Below are positions 17,586 through 26,578 of a stretch of 38,403 bases of DNA, in pieces (within the stretch, counting starts at the first letter, position 1; each line of letters starts with the position of its first letter). The notes beneath the pieces are model-generated. The model was not told where the DNA came from and did no database searches. It saw only the letters and a list, made by a program, of their open reading frames with translations. Made by a program: the position numbers and the translations under genes. The stretch is from NCBI GenBank assembly GCA_016934535.1, contig JAFGSQ010000057.1, positions 1-38,403 of the forward strand, read 5' to 3'. The stretch is from a candidate division WOR-3 bacterium. Lineage in GTDB: Bacteria; SDB-A.

Positions 17586-19340
17586 GTGACACAAAAAAAA
17601 GAAAAAATAATTAAAGGTGTTCCTGTAAGTTCCGGCGTGGCTATAGGCGTGTCCAACGTCTACAGAGTCCTGAAAAAGCAGGACGAGTTATCTTTGAAAA
17701 CCAAAATTGAAATCAGTCAAGTCGGTTCCGAAATTGCCAGGTTGTCGCGGGCGGTTTCCCAGGCAAAGGCTGCATTAGACCTACACAGATCGAGACTCAT
17801 TGGCAGAACCAGCAATTATCATCTTGGAATCTTTGAATTCCAATCGTTTCTTCTCGGAGACGAATCTTACATCGGAGCCATAAAAAACCTGATTAAGGAA
17901 AAGCATTTTTCTGCGTGCGATGCTGTTTGGATAGTAACTGATGAACTGGCAAAAAAACTCAAACAGACTTTCGAGGACATAAAAGACGTGGGAAATCTTA
18001 TTTGTTCCGGACTTTCAGACAAAGGAGCGATTCACCTGGCAATTCTTCCTGAAGACGATCCGTTCGTTTTTATTTGCGATATCCTGGCGCCTTCGATGAT
18101 ATCATATCTTTTCAACAGTAAAGTCGCCGGCATTATCACGGAATTCGGGGGCAAGACTTCTCACGCCGTAATACTTTCAGAAAGTCTCGGAGTTCCGGTT
18201 ATAATCAACGCTAAAAAGATCACTGAGCACGCTCAGAACGGAGATGTAGTCGGAATGGAGGGAGGGTGCGGGAAAATAGTCCTCAATCCCTCGGAATTCA
18301 GGTTAAAAGCCTATAACAGACTCAAGGTCTGGAATGGAAAATACCACACCATCATACTTCAGAAATCCCGAAAAAAAGCAGAAACAAAAGACGGTTTCAA
18401 AGTAAAAGTCATGGCGAATATCGAGGTGACGTCTGAAGTTCCATACGCCGTCGCTTCAGGAGCGGAAGGTATAGGGCTTTACAGAACAGAATTTGTCTTT
18501 TTGGACAATCCTCATTATCTTCCGTCATACACCGAGCAGTTCAAGATATACAAAAGCGTAGTATCCGAGATGAACGGGTTGCCGGTCATATTCAGGACGA
18601 TCGATCTCGGAGCCGACAAAATCCCGTTTTACCTCGAAAGTCACAGGAAAATATGGAAAGACGAAACCAATCCTGCACTCGGTTACAGAGGCATCAGACT
18701 GATGCACGATCACTGCAAAGAGCTCATGTTCCCTCAATTGAAGGCAATTTTGAGGGCTTCAGCATACGGACCTGTAAAAATTATGCTCCCCATGGTGTCA
18801 CTCGTCGAAGAAGTGACTGACTTTGAAAAGAAAATTCTCGAAGCAATGGAAGATCTCGGAAAAGAGGCTCCTTCGAAAAAACCTAAAGTGGGCATGATGC
18901 TAGAAACACCAGCTTCGATATTGATGATGGATAAATTCATTCCTATCGTGGATTTTTTTTCGATAGGCACAAACGACCTTACTCAATACATTCTCGCCGT
19001 GGACAGAGACAATCCTCAGGTCGCCTACATCTGGGATCACATGCATCCGGCTGTTCTGAAAACCGTCAAAACTGCCATAGACACAGCTTTAAAAGCCGGC
19101 AAAGAGATAAGCGTCTGCGGCGAGTCTGCGGGAGATCCTTTCGCCGCAGCGGTATTCATAGGTTTCGGCCTTAACAACCTTAGCGTGTCCCCTTCAAAAG
19201 TAGCGGAACTCAAACACCACATAAGGCATTGGAACAAAAAAGATCTAGAATCCGTTTCGGCTGAAGTTCTCAAAATGGATTCGTCGGAAATAGTGAGAAA
19301 ATACGTAAAAAGGACGGTGAAGGTTGGACTTTCAGGGTAG
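17586..19340 (+). CDS. ptsI: PTS Enzyme I (PEP-protein phosphotransferase)
   Basis: GGKTSHAVI phospho-His, GIGLYRTEF, RTIDLGADK, ETNPALGYRGIR, DFFSIGTNDLTQY and SVCGE motifs. GTG at 17586 follows GAGGA; alternative TTG start at 17571. Confidence 0.95.
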   Translation: MTQKKEKIIKGVPVSSGVAIGVSNVYRVLKKQDELSLKTKIEISQVGSEIARLSRAVSQAKAALDLHRSRLIGRTSNYHLGIFEFQSFLLGDESYIGAIKNLIKEKHFSACDAVWIVTDELAKKLKQTFEDIKDVGNLICSGLSDKGAIHLAILPEDDPFVFICDILAPSMISYLFNSKVAGIITEFGGKTSHAVILSESLGVPVIINAKKITEHAQNGDVVGMEGGCGKIVLNPSEFRLKAYNRLKVWNGKYHTIILQKSRKKAETKDGFKVKVMANIEVTSEVPYAVASGAEGIGLYRTEFVFLDNPHYLPSYTEQFKIYKSVVSEMNGLPVIFRTIDLGADKIPFYLESHRKIWKDETNPALGYRGIRLMHDHCKELMFPQLKAILRASAYGPVKIMLPMVSLVEEVTDFEKKILEAMEDLGKEAPSKKPKVGMMLETPASILMMDKFIPIVDFFSIGTNDLTQYILAVDRDNPQVAYIWDHMHPAVLKTVKTAIDTALKAGKEISVCGESAGDPFAAAVFIGFGLNNLSVSPSKVAELKHHIRHWNKKDLESVSAEVLKMDSSEIVRKYVKRTVKVGLSG

Positions 19341-19347
19341 CAGGACT

Positions 19348-20328
19348 ATGCGTGACTGGATTCTTGGATGGCCTGATGATTTAGTCTCCGGTTACAAAAA
19401 AGCGGAAAGTTTGCCTGTCCCGGAATCGGACCCGGTTGTTTTTTGGGGGATGGGAGGTTCCGGAATAGTCGGGAGAATATTTTCTGACGTGGCGAATGAA
19501 ATAGGAATAAAGCCTGTCTTTTCGGGAGGAGGATACGGGGTTCCCGATTGGATTTGCGGAAAAACTCTTTTCATACCCGTGAGTTATTCCGGAAACACCG
19601 AAGAAACTCTCGAGTCTTTCGAAAAAGCAATTGCGAAAAAAGCCATGGTGCTCCCTATGTTTTCTGGAGGAAAGCTCGGTACCGAATCCAAAAACAAAAG
19701 TTTATTGAGCGTCAAAATGCAGTCCGGAAGAGCCCCGAGGGCAAATCTGCCTGAAATGATAGGTATAGCCGCGGCGCTTTGCGAAAAATCCGGCGCTTTA
19801 CCTTCGATGGAAAAAATGATTCTTGACGCCGCCTCTGCGGTCGAGCGCCTTCTTTCTGAAAGAAAAGAAGAAATGAAAGAACTGGCTCAGAATACTGCCG
19901 GAGCTGAAATCTACGCCGTTTCATCGGAAAAGATAAAAAGCGCTTCGACGAGATGGGTTTGCCAGATAAACGAAAACGCGAAAAAGACGGCCGAAGCCCT
20001 TTGGCTACCCGAAATGAATCACAATTTCGTCGTCGGAGGAGCGCCAAGAGATGCGGTTTTTATTTATCTAGTTCAGGTATGCCTGGACAAGCCGGGAAGC
20101 TGCAAAAGGAGAACCGCAACGTCTGAATTGATGAAAGAGAGCTCTGAAAATTTCAAATCTTTCGAAATATTATTCACCGGTAACGATTATTTTTCATCAT
20201 ACATGGAGGCTCTCGCTTTCGGTGATTTATACAGCGCTTATCTCGCGGAGACTCTCGAAATAGATCCTCTGCCGATTACGGCGATAGACAGATTAAAATC
20301 TTTGCTTGGCGGAGAAATAAAGCAGTGA
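19348..20328 (+). CDS. Bifunctional phosphoglucose/phosphomannose isomerase (SIS domain, PGI/PMI family)
   Basis: GMGGSGI, SYSGNTEETL, SGGKL, APRA, QINENAK, PEMNHN and final IDRLK motifs. ATG at 19348 preferred over TTG at 19324. Confidence 0.9.
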   Translation: MRDWILGWPDDLVSGYKKAESLPVPESDPVVFWGMGGSGIVGRIFSDVANEIGIKPVFSGGGYGVPDWICGKTLFIPVSYSGNTEETLESFEKAIAKKAMVLPMFSGGKLGTESKNKSLLSVKMQSGRAPRANLPEMIGIAAALCEKSGALPSMEKMILDAASAVERLLSERKEEMKELAQNTAGAEIYAVSSEKIKSASTRWVCQINENAKKTAEALWLPEMNHNFVVGGAPRDAVFIYLVQVCLDKPGSCKRRTATSELMKESSENFKSFEILFTGNDYFSSYMEALAFGDLYSAYLAETLEIDPLPITAIDRLKSLLGGEIKQ

Positions 20329-21296
20329 GAATAATAATACCGGCCGCAGGGATTGGAAAAAGACTTCAACCGCACACTTTTGTCGAACCCAAAGTAATGA
20401 TGAGATTGGCTGGAAAACCTATGATCGGCCATATAATGGATATGGTCGTGAAAATGAGCCCCCGTGAAGTGGTCGTGGTAGTCGGATATAAAAGCGACGC
20501 TATTATCCGCTATCTTTCGGAAAGCTACTCATCCATGAAAATCAGATTCGTTTTACAGGATGATATGCTTGGCTTGGGACATGCCGTATATATAACAGGT
20601 GACAGCGATGACGACACTCTGATTATTCTCGGCGACACGATTTTCAGGTTCGACTTCGAAAAAATTCTCAGATCGGCGGATAATTCCATAGGAGTAGCCC
20701 AGGTCGGAGACCCAAGGCGTTTCGGAGTTGTCGAAATGTCTGACGACGGAGCGGTGAGAAATCTCGTCGAAAAACCTCAAAATCCTCCTTCCAATCTGGC
20801 GATTGTTGGAATATACCGTATACGGGAATTTCACCTGCTGTTCGAAGCCCTCGCTTCAATCGTAAAAGAGGGCAAAAAAACATCGGGAGAAATACAGTTG
20901 ACCGACGCTCTTCAGGAAATGATTAACAGAGGCGGCAGAATTACAACTTTCGGTATTGAAAAATGGCTCGACTGCGGAAAACCGGAGACTCTGTTTTCAA
21001 CTCAGGCCTATCTGCTTAAAGAAATGGCCTGGAAATACTCGGTTCCCGGATCCGCCGTCATTGATCCTGTTTTTGTTTCTGACCGAGCTGTTATTGAAAA
21101 TTCTGTGATAGGTCCTAACGTAGATCTCGCAGAGAATTGTTCTGTGACCAACTGCGTTGTAAGAAACTCGATAGTCGGAAAGAATGCTTTGCTTAAAAAC
21201 GCGGTGATAGAAGATTCAATCATAGGAGAGAACGCCAGAATAATTGGTTCTTTCAAAAAAATAAACGCCGTCGGCTATTCCGAAATCAACTTGTAA
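20325..21296 (+). CDS. Sugar-phosphate nucleotidyltransferase (glucose-1-phosphate thymidylyltransferase long-form-like, with left-handed beta-helix tail)
   Basis: IPAAGIGKRLQPHT...PK, LGLGHAV, DPRRFGVVE, LVEKP, GEIQLTDAL and WLDCGK motifs, plus hexapeptide repeats. Confidence 0.9.
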   Translation: MRIIIPAAGIGKRLQPHTFVEPKVMMRLAGKPMIGHIMDMVVKMSPREVVVVVGYKSDAIIRYLSESYSSMKIRFVLQDDMLGLGHAVYITGDSDDDTLIILGDTIFRFDFEKILRSADNSIGVAQVGDPRRFGVVEMSDDGAVRNLVEKPQNPPSNLAIVGIYRIREFHLLFEALASIVKEGKKTSGEIQLTDALQEMINRGGRITTFGIEKWLDCGKPETLFSTQAYLLKEMAWKYSVPGSAVIDPVFVSDRAVIENSVIGPNVDLAENCSVTNCVVRNSIVGKNALLKNAVIEDSIIGENARIIGSFKKINAVGYSEINL

Positions 21297-21319
21297 CTTT
21301 TGGATAAAGAGAGGAAAAA

Positions 21320-22462
21320 ATGGATAAATACTATTTTACTTCCGAGTCCGTTACTGAAGGGCATCCGGATAAACTGTGCGATCAGATTTCCGACGCAATT
21401 GTTGACTCCGCTCTGGATCAGGATCCAGAAAGCAGAGTGGCATGCGAAACACTCGCTACAACAGGCCTGATAATGGTGGTCGGAGAAATGACAACCGGCG
21501 CCTACGTCGAAATCCAGAACATTGCCAGAGAAGTTGTGAGAGACGCGGGATACGACGATCCTAAATTTGGTTTCGATTACGAGTCTTGTGCTGTGATTTC
21601 CTCTCTCCACGACCAGACCGGAGACATAGCACAGGGCGTTGATATTGGAGGCGCGGGAGATCAGGGGATGATGTTCGGCTTTGCCTGCAGTGAGACCGCG
21701 GAGTTGATGCCTCTGCCTATAATGCTTGCTCACAAGCTGACAAAGAGACTCGCCGAATTCAGAAGATCTACGAACGAATGCCTTCTCCGGCCGGACGGAA
21801 AATCGCAGGTAACAGTTGAATACGAAAGCGGCGTGCCGAAAAGAGTTTCGGTGGTTCTTGTCAGTTCCCAACATTGCCCCGAGGTGAAACATCAGAAATT
21901 GAACGAGGTGATAAAAAACGAGATAATATTTAAAGCTTTGCCCGGGGAATTGATCGATGGAGACACGAAAATTTTAATTAATCCGACAGGCAGATTCGTC
22001 AGCGGAGGCCCGGCGGCTGATTCCGGTCTGACAGGCAGAAAGCTCATGGTAGACACTTACGGGGGGTATTCAAGACACGGAGGAGGCGCTTTTTCGGGAA
22101 AAGATCCGACGAAAGTTGACAGAAGCGGTGCTTATATGGCACGTTATCTGGCGAAAAACGTAGTGGCCGCAGGTCTGGCCGAAAAATGCGAGATACAGAT
22201 AGCTTACGCAATAGGAGTACCCGATCCTGTTTCCCTTTTCGTCGAAACTTTTGGAACCGGCAAGGCTCATGAAGGGAAAATATCTGAAGCGCTGATGGGA
22301 CTAGTCGATATGTCACCGCGGGGGATAATAAGCAGATTCGGTTTGAAAAGCCCTATCTACAGGAAAACGGCTGTTTACGGTCATTTCGGGAGGGAAAACG
22401 AAGGCTTCCCGTGGGAAGTAACCGATATAGCGGATGAATTGAAAAAGACAGTAAAAAAGTGA
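21320..22462 (+). CDS. metK: S-adenosylmethionine synthetase
   Basis: [45 protein letters not shown] and YGHFGR motifs. Confidence 0.99.
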   Translation: MDKYYFTSESVTEGHPDKLCDQISDAIVDSALDQDPESRVACETLATTGLIMVVGEMTTGAYVEIQNIAREVVRDAGYDDPKFGFDYESCAVISSLHDQTGDIAQGVDIGGAGDQGMMFGFACSETAELMPLPIMLAHKLTKRLAEFRRSTNECLLRPDGKSQVTVEYESGVPKRVSVVLVSSQHCPEVKHQKLNEVIKNEIIFKALPGELIDGDTKILINPTGRFVSGGPAADSGLTGRKLMVDTYGGYSRHGGGAFSGKDPTKVDRSGAYMARYLAKNVVAAGLAEKCEIQIAYAIGVPDPVSLFVETFGTGKAHEGKISEALMGLVDMSPRGIISRFGLKSPIYRKTAVYGHFGRENEGFPWEVTDIADELKKTVKK

Positions 22463-24000
22463 AATATGCTTCGGGCATAAGGTTTTTCTTTATAGTAATT
22501 ACGTCCGGCCTTGCCCTGACGTGTGTCGCTTCCGTAATCCTCATAGACCGTTCGCTGGCCTTGGCGAGAGAAACCATATCTCTGTCACTGGATGCTGAAA
22601 CCGAGTTACTCGAAAATTATCTTGAAAATACGGAATCCGACGACTACACGTTCATGAGGCCTTATTTCGATTATGTTTCCACGGACAGCGCTTCATCAGA
22701 AATCAAAAACGCCATGTTTTCTAATTTTCTTTTACCAAGCGGGAACAGAGTTTACGTCGGCAGGAGCACAGAGGATTTCGGAACTATAAACCTCTACAAA
22801 AACCTGATTATAGCCGCTCTCGCAGTAACTGTGCTGATTTCATTTGCCGCCATTGTTTTATTCACTGATGAGAACGTCATGAAACCCCTTAGAATTATGG
22901 GAGAGCTGACTGGAGCCAAACCGGAACCGGAAAATCTGATAGAAAATATGAAAGCGATAATAAAAGACCTCGAGGAAAAGAAAAGTGAACTCGAGAACAT
23001 GTATTCGATAGAAAAAACAAGGGTCAGAAATATGACTCTGAGAAGCGGAGCAGTCCTTCAGAGCCTGAAAGCCGGCATTATTGACGTTGACGCTGACGCG
23101 AATGTCATCCAGTGCAATCAGGAACTTTTCAATATCGTGGGTATAGAAAAGAGAGAGCTCAACGGAAAACTCCGAAATTCATCTTTGTCTCCGGATATTA
23201 CAACAATTATATTCGATTGTCTGGAAAGAAAAAAACCTGAGAGAAAAAGAATTGACCTCAACGGAAGGATAATAGACGTATTTGTCTCTCCTGTACTGGA
23301 AGCAGAACAGATTATCGGAGCCGTCGCAGTATTTTACGACATGACCGAAACCGTACTCCTGGAAAGAATGTTTATGACAAGGGAAAAAATGCTTTCTCTT
23401 TCCGAGATATCAGCGGGTGTCTCCCACGAATTCAGGAATTCGGCAGGAGTTCTTCTCGCTCTGGCATCGGCTATCTATCAGAAGCAGAACGATGAGAACG
23501 CGAAAATGCTGCTCGAGGAGACAAAATCCCTCGTCGGAATAGTTGAAAATTTTTCTCAGTTGGCTCAAAAAAAAGACAAGTCTTTCGCCGAATTCGACGT
23601 CAAAGAAATGACGGAAGAAATCAAAAAGTACTACAAATGGAATTTCAAGGCGGATTTCAGGCACAATCTTTTTGTCGGCGACAAAGACCTGATTAGAAGA
23701 GCTCTCATAAATGTCCTGCAAAACTCAATAGAAGCCTCTGAACCGAACCAGGCAGAAATCCTTGTAACCACTGACAAGATAGACAGTTGGCAGAGAATCG
23801 AAGTCACTGATAAAGCAGGAGGAATAAAAGACGATCAGCTTGAAAAGGTAAAAGCGCCGTTCTATACTTCAAAAAAGGAAGGGGTGGGACTGGGCTTGGC
23901 CATAGTCGAAAAGATAATTCAGATGCACGGCGGCTCTCTCGAAATCAGAAATTTCGAAGGAGGGCTGAAAGTGACCATGACCTGGAGCGGAGATGAGTGA
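22459..24000 (+). CDS. Membrane sensor histidine kinase (PAS-HisKA-HATPase, NtrB-like)
   Basis: Two TM segments, H-box [43 protein letters not shown] overlap with the metK stop. Confidence 0.9.
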   Translation: MKYASGIRFFFIVITSGLALTCVASVILIDRSLALARETISLSLDAETELLENYLENTESDDYTFMRPYFDYVSTDSASSEIKNAMFSNFLLPSGNRVYVGRSTEDFGTINLYKNLIIAALAVTVLISFAAIVLFTDENVMKPLRIMGELTGAKPEPENLIENMKAIIKDLEEKKSELENMYSIEKTRVRNMTLRSGAVLQSLKAGIIDVDADANVIQCNQELFNIVGIEKRELNGKLRNSSLSPDITTIIFDCLERKKPERKRIDLNGRIIDVFVSPVLEAEQIIGAVAVFYDMTETVLLERMFMTREKMLSLSEISAGVSHEFRNSAGVLLALASAIYQKQNDENAKMLLEETKSLVGIVENFSQLAQKKDKSFAEFDVKEMTEEIKKYYKWNFKADFRHNLFVGDKDLIRRALINVLQNSIEASEPNQAEILVTTDKIDSWQRIEVTDKAGGIKDDQLEKVKAPFYTSKKEGVGLGLAIVEKIIQMHGGSLEIRNFEGGLKVTMTWSGDE

Positions 24001-25300
24001 TGTCCTGATAGTCGAAGACAAAAAAAATCTCAGGATAGCCCTGAAAAATATTCTTTGTGAAGCCGGTTACCAGGTGTTTGAAGCCGAGGACATAAGCACC
24101 GCAAAAATTCTGATTGAGAAGAATTCTCCTGTTACAGCCGTGATAGATGTCAGACTTCCAGACGGAAGCGGGCTGGATCTGCTGGATCATATAACGGAAT
24201 GCGGAAAATCAGTAATTACGATAATGATGAGTGCTTACGGCGATATTCCCGTAGCCGTCAGCGCAATGAAAAAAGGAGCAAAGGATTTTGTAACCAAACC
24301 GTTCGAACCTTATGAGCTTTTAGGTATAATTAAAAGAGAGCTTGCTCTGGCCGAAAGTTCCGCGAAATATTCCGAAGACTCATTCGAACCGGCTGGAAAT
24401 TCGAAACTTTGGCTGAAAGTCCTCGATCTCGCTAAAAACGTCGCAAAAATGGACAGCACGGTACTTCTGTCAGGCGAAACAGGTTCAGGGAAAGAGGTCG
24501 TGGCAAAATACATTCACGGGAACAGCAAGAGAGCGAAATTTCCTTTCATCCCCGTCAATTGCGCCGCTTTGCCCAGAGAATTGGTTGAAAGCGAGCTTTT
24601 TGGCGCTGAATCCGGAGCCTTCACAGGCATAGGCAAAACAAGACAGGGAAAATTCGAATCCGCCGGCGGAGGGACGGTTTTTTTGGACGAAATCGGAGAC
24701 CTGTCCGAAGAAGCGCAGGCCAAGATACTCAGAATCCTCGAGACGAAAAAAATCCAAAGACTCGGCAGTGCGTCATCTATAGATGTCGACGTCAGAATAA
24801 TTTCAGCGACAAACAAAAAGCTCGAAGAAGAGATCGAGAAGGGCAAATTCAGAGAGGACCTTTTTTACAGATTGGCTGTATTCCCTATAGAAATACCGCC
24901 TCTGAGGGACAGACCGGACGACATAGAAGATATTGCAAGACAGCTCGTAAAAAGGATATCTCTGAAGATTGACAAAGATTTTAATCCTGAAATCGGCAAA
25001 GACATTTTAGATAAACTGGCGTCTCACAACTGGCCCGGAAACGTCAGAGAACTTGCCAACGTCATCGAAAGGGCAATGATACTTTCGGGGGACACGACTA
25101 TCGATCCTGAAAAAATTTATTTACCGGACAGAAAGAGAGAAACTGAAATTCACAGGGCAAAAATGGACAGAGAAAAAGACGTCATAAAAAGAGCTCTCGA
25201 AAGCGCAGGTTGGAAAAGGACAGAAGCCGCAAAAATACTCGGCATAAGTTACAGATCTCTTCTGGAAAAAATAAAAAAGTACGAACTAAGAAAAAATTAA
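23993..25300 (+). CDS. Sigma-54-dependent response regulator (NtrC/Fis family)
   Basis: Receiver (VEDK, DVRLPDG, KPF), GETGSGKE, ESELFG...GAFTG, FLDEIG, FREDLFYRL, WPGNVREL and C-terminal HTH AAKILGISYRSL. Confidence 0.95.
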   Translation: MSDVLIVEDKKNLRIALKNILCEAGYQVFEAEDISTAKILIEKNSPVTAVIDVRLPDGSGLDLLDHITECGKSVITIMMSAYGDIPVAVSAMKKGAKDFVTKPFEPYELLGIIKRELALAESSAKYSEDSFEPAGNSKLWLKVLDLAKNVAKMDSTVLLSGETGSGKEVVAKYIHGNSKRAKFPFIPVNCAALPRELVESELFGAESGAFTGIGKTRQGKFESAGGGTVFLDEIGDLSEEAQAKILRILETKKIQRLGSASSIDVDVRIISATNKKLEEEIEKGKFREDLFYRLAVFPIEIPPLRDRPDDIEDIARQLVKRISLKIDKDFNPEIGKDILDKLASHNWPGNVRELANVIERAMILSGDTTIDPEKIYLPDRKRETEIHRAKMDREKDVIKRALESAGWKRTEAAKILGISYRSLLEKIKKYELRKN

Positions 25301-25305
25301 AAAAC

Positions 25306-25334
25306 TTGACAATGTAACTTCTCTGTGAAAAAAT
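25306..25334 (+). promoter_or_regulatory. Putative sigma70 promoter of rpmB
   Basis: Perfect TTGACA at 25306-25311, 17-nt spacer, TG-preceded but imperfect -10 (AAAAAT) at 25329-25334. AGGAG RBS before the ATG at 25369. Confidence 0.45.
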
Positions 25335-25368
25335 CAGAAAAATTTAAAGTATAACTGCAGGAGAAAAT

Positions 25369-25563
25369 ATGTCATATAAATGTGAAATATGCGGAAAAAG
25401 ACCCGGCGTTGGTAACAATGTCAGTCATGCCAACAACAGGACCAAAAGAAGATTTCTTCCCAATCTTCAGAAGATAAGCGTTTTGAGTGAGAAAGGAACG
25501 TCTTCGAAAAAAATGGTCTGCACCGCCTGTATCAAAGCCGGAAAAGTCCGCAAATCAATTTAA
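25369..25563 (+). CDS. rpmB: 50S ribosomal protein L28 (zinc-ribbon, Cys-containing form)
   Basis: CEICGK...[20 protein letters not shown]...VCTACIK. Confidence 0.98.
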   Translation: MSYKCEICGKRPGVGNNVSHANNRTKRRFLPNLQKISVLSEKGTSSKKMVCTACIKAGKVRKSI

Positions 25564-25576
25564 TACGCCGTCAGGC

Positions 25577-26572
25577 ATGAGCGCCAGAATTAAAGTTCTT
25601 CTCACGGGAGCTTTGTTCGTCCTATTGGAGCTGTTTTTATTAGCCGTCGTATCGTGTAATTACTCGGCTAAGCTTTCAGTTAAAAATCCGGACATCAGAA
25701 TCCCGATAGCCGAAACAGAGCTCTCTTTTAAGCAAATTCTCTTTTTCGGCGGAGACATAATTGAATCGGAATTCATATATCCTCACCCGCAATGCACGGT
25801 TCCGAGTTATGCTGTTTTTTATGTCAAACCTTCACTCGCGAAAGATATACTCGATATTTCAGCTATCCATACATCAGGCGGAACAGAAGTGGTTATCCAT
25901 GCCGGGGGAGATTCATTTTTCTATTCTTTCGATCACAACGGGGGAAAATTCGAAATACCGTTTACGGGTGTTGATTATTCTCCTATGAAAATAATCGTCA
26001 GGCGCGGGGGCAGGGAGGAGACGTTTGCGCTGACGCTGTATTCCGAGAGATGGCTCGAAGTATTCTGTGATTGGGACATACAATGCGCTGTTTTGTGGGA
26101 AGGGGCGAGACCGAGATATTGGACGGTGGTTTCAACGGGGAAAGAAAACTGGACGAGAGCTGAGCATTGCAGGATTTTTTCGAAAAGCCCGGTAGCTTAT
26201 TTTGTCCTGGACAGAGCGCCGATGAGATATTGGCTTGGATTTCAGGAAGTTTACGGGACTGTCAACGGAACTCATGCCCCGTTGTCCGGAACATGGTGGC
26301 GGCTCGGAAGGCAGGGAAGCCACGGCTGTGTTAGAAATCCTTTGGCGGACAAGTTTTACGCGTTGCTCGACACGGGAAACAGGGTCGAGCTTCATTACAG
26401 GTATTCTCAGGGATTCACCCTTAAAGAGATAAATCCTGCATGGGAGTATCTGATTTTGGAACCGCTAGATACTTTGGAAGACACAATGCCGTATAAACAA
26501 TACTGCGATGAAGCAAGAAAAAGACTTCTTCCGATATATGAAGAACTTATAAAGAGTGAAAAGCAGGAGTAA
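25577..26572 (+). CDS. Putative exported L,D-transpeptidase (YkuD-like catalytic domain)
   Basis: N-terminal hydrophobic stretch ending LLAVVSC (possible lipobox). Catalytic motif H-x14-SHGCVR (THAPLSGTWWRLGRQGSHGCVRN). Start reassigned to the ATG at 25577, after the rpmB stop. Confidence 0.72.
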   Translation: MSARIKVLLTGALFVLLELFLLAVVSCNYSAKLSVKNPDIRIPIAETELSFKQILFFGGDIIESEFIYPHPQCTVPSYAVFYVKPSLAKDILDISAIHTSGGTEVVIHAGGDSFFYSFDHNGGKFEIPFTGVDYSPMKIIVRRGGREETFALTLYSERWLEVFCDWDIQCAVLWEGARPRYWTVVSTGKENWTRAEHCRIFSKSPVAYFVLDRAPMRYWLGFQEVYGTVNGTHAPLSGTWWRLGRQGSHGCVRNPLADKFYALLDTGNRVELHYRYSQGFTLKEINPAWEYLILEPLDTLEDTMPYKQYCDEARKRLLPIYEELIKSEKQE

Positions 26573-26578
26573 CGGCGA

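Noticed and set aside
21297-21319. SAM riboswitch upstream of metK
   Set aside because: The intergenic gap is only 23 bp and holds just an RBS.
21275-21892. 205-aa minus-strand ORF
   Set aside because: Antisense shadow of the highly conserved metK.
25487-25576. N-terminal extension of the L,D-transpeptidase ORF overlapping rpmB
   Set aside because: The ATG at 25577 gives a normal signal peptide and avoids the overlap.
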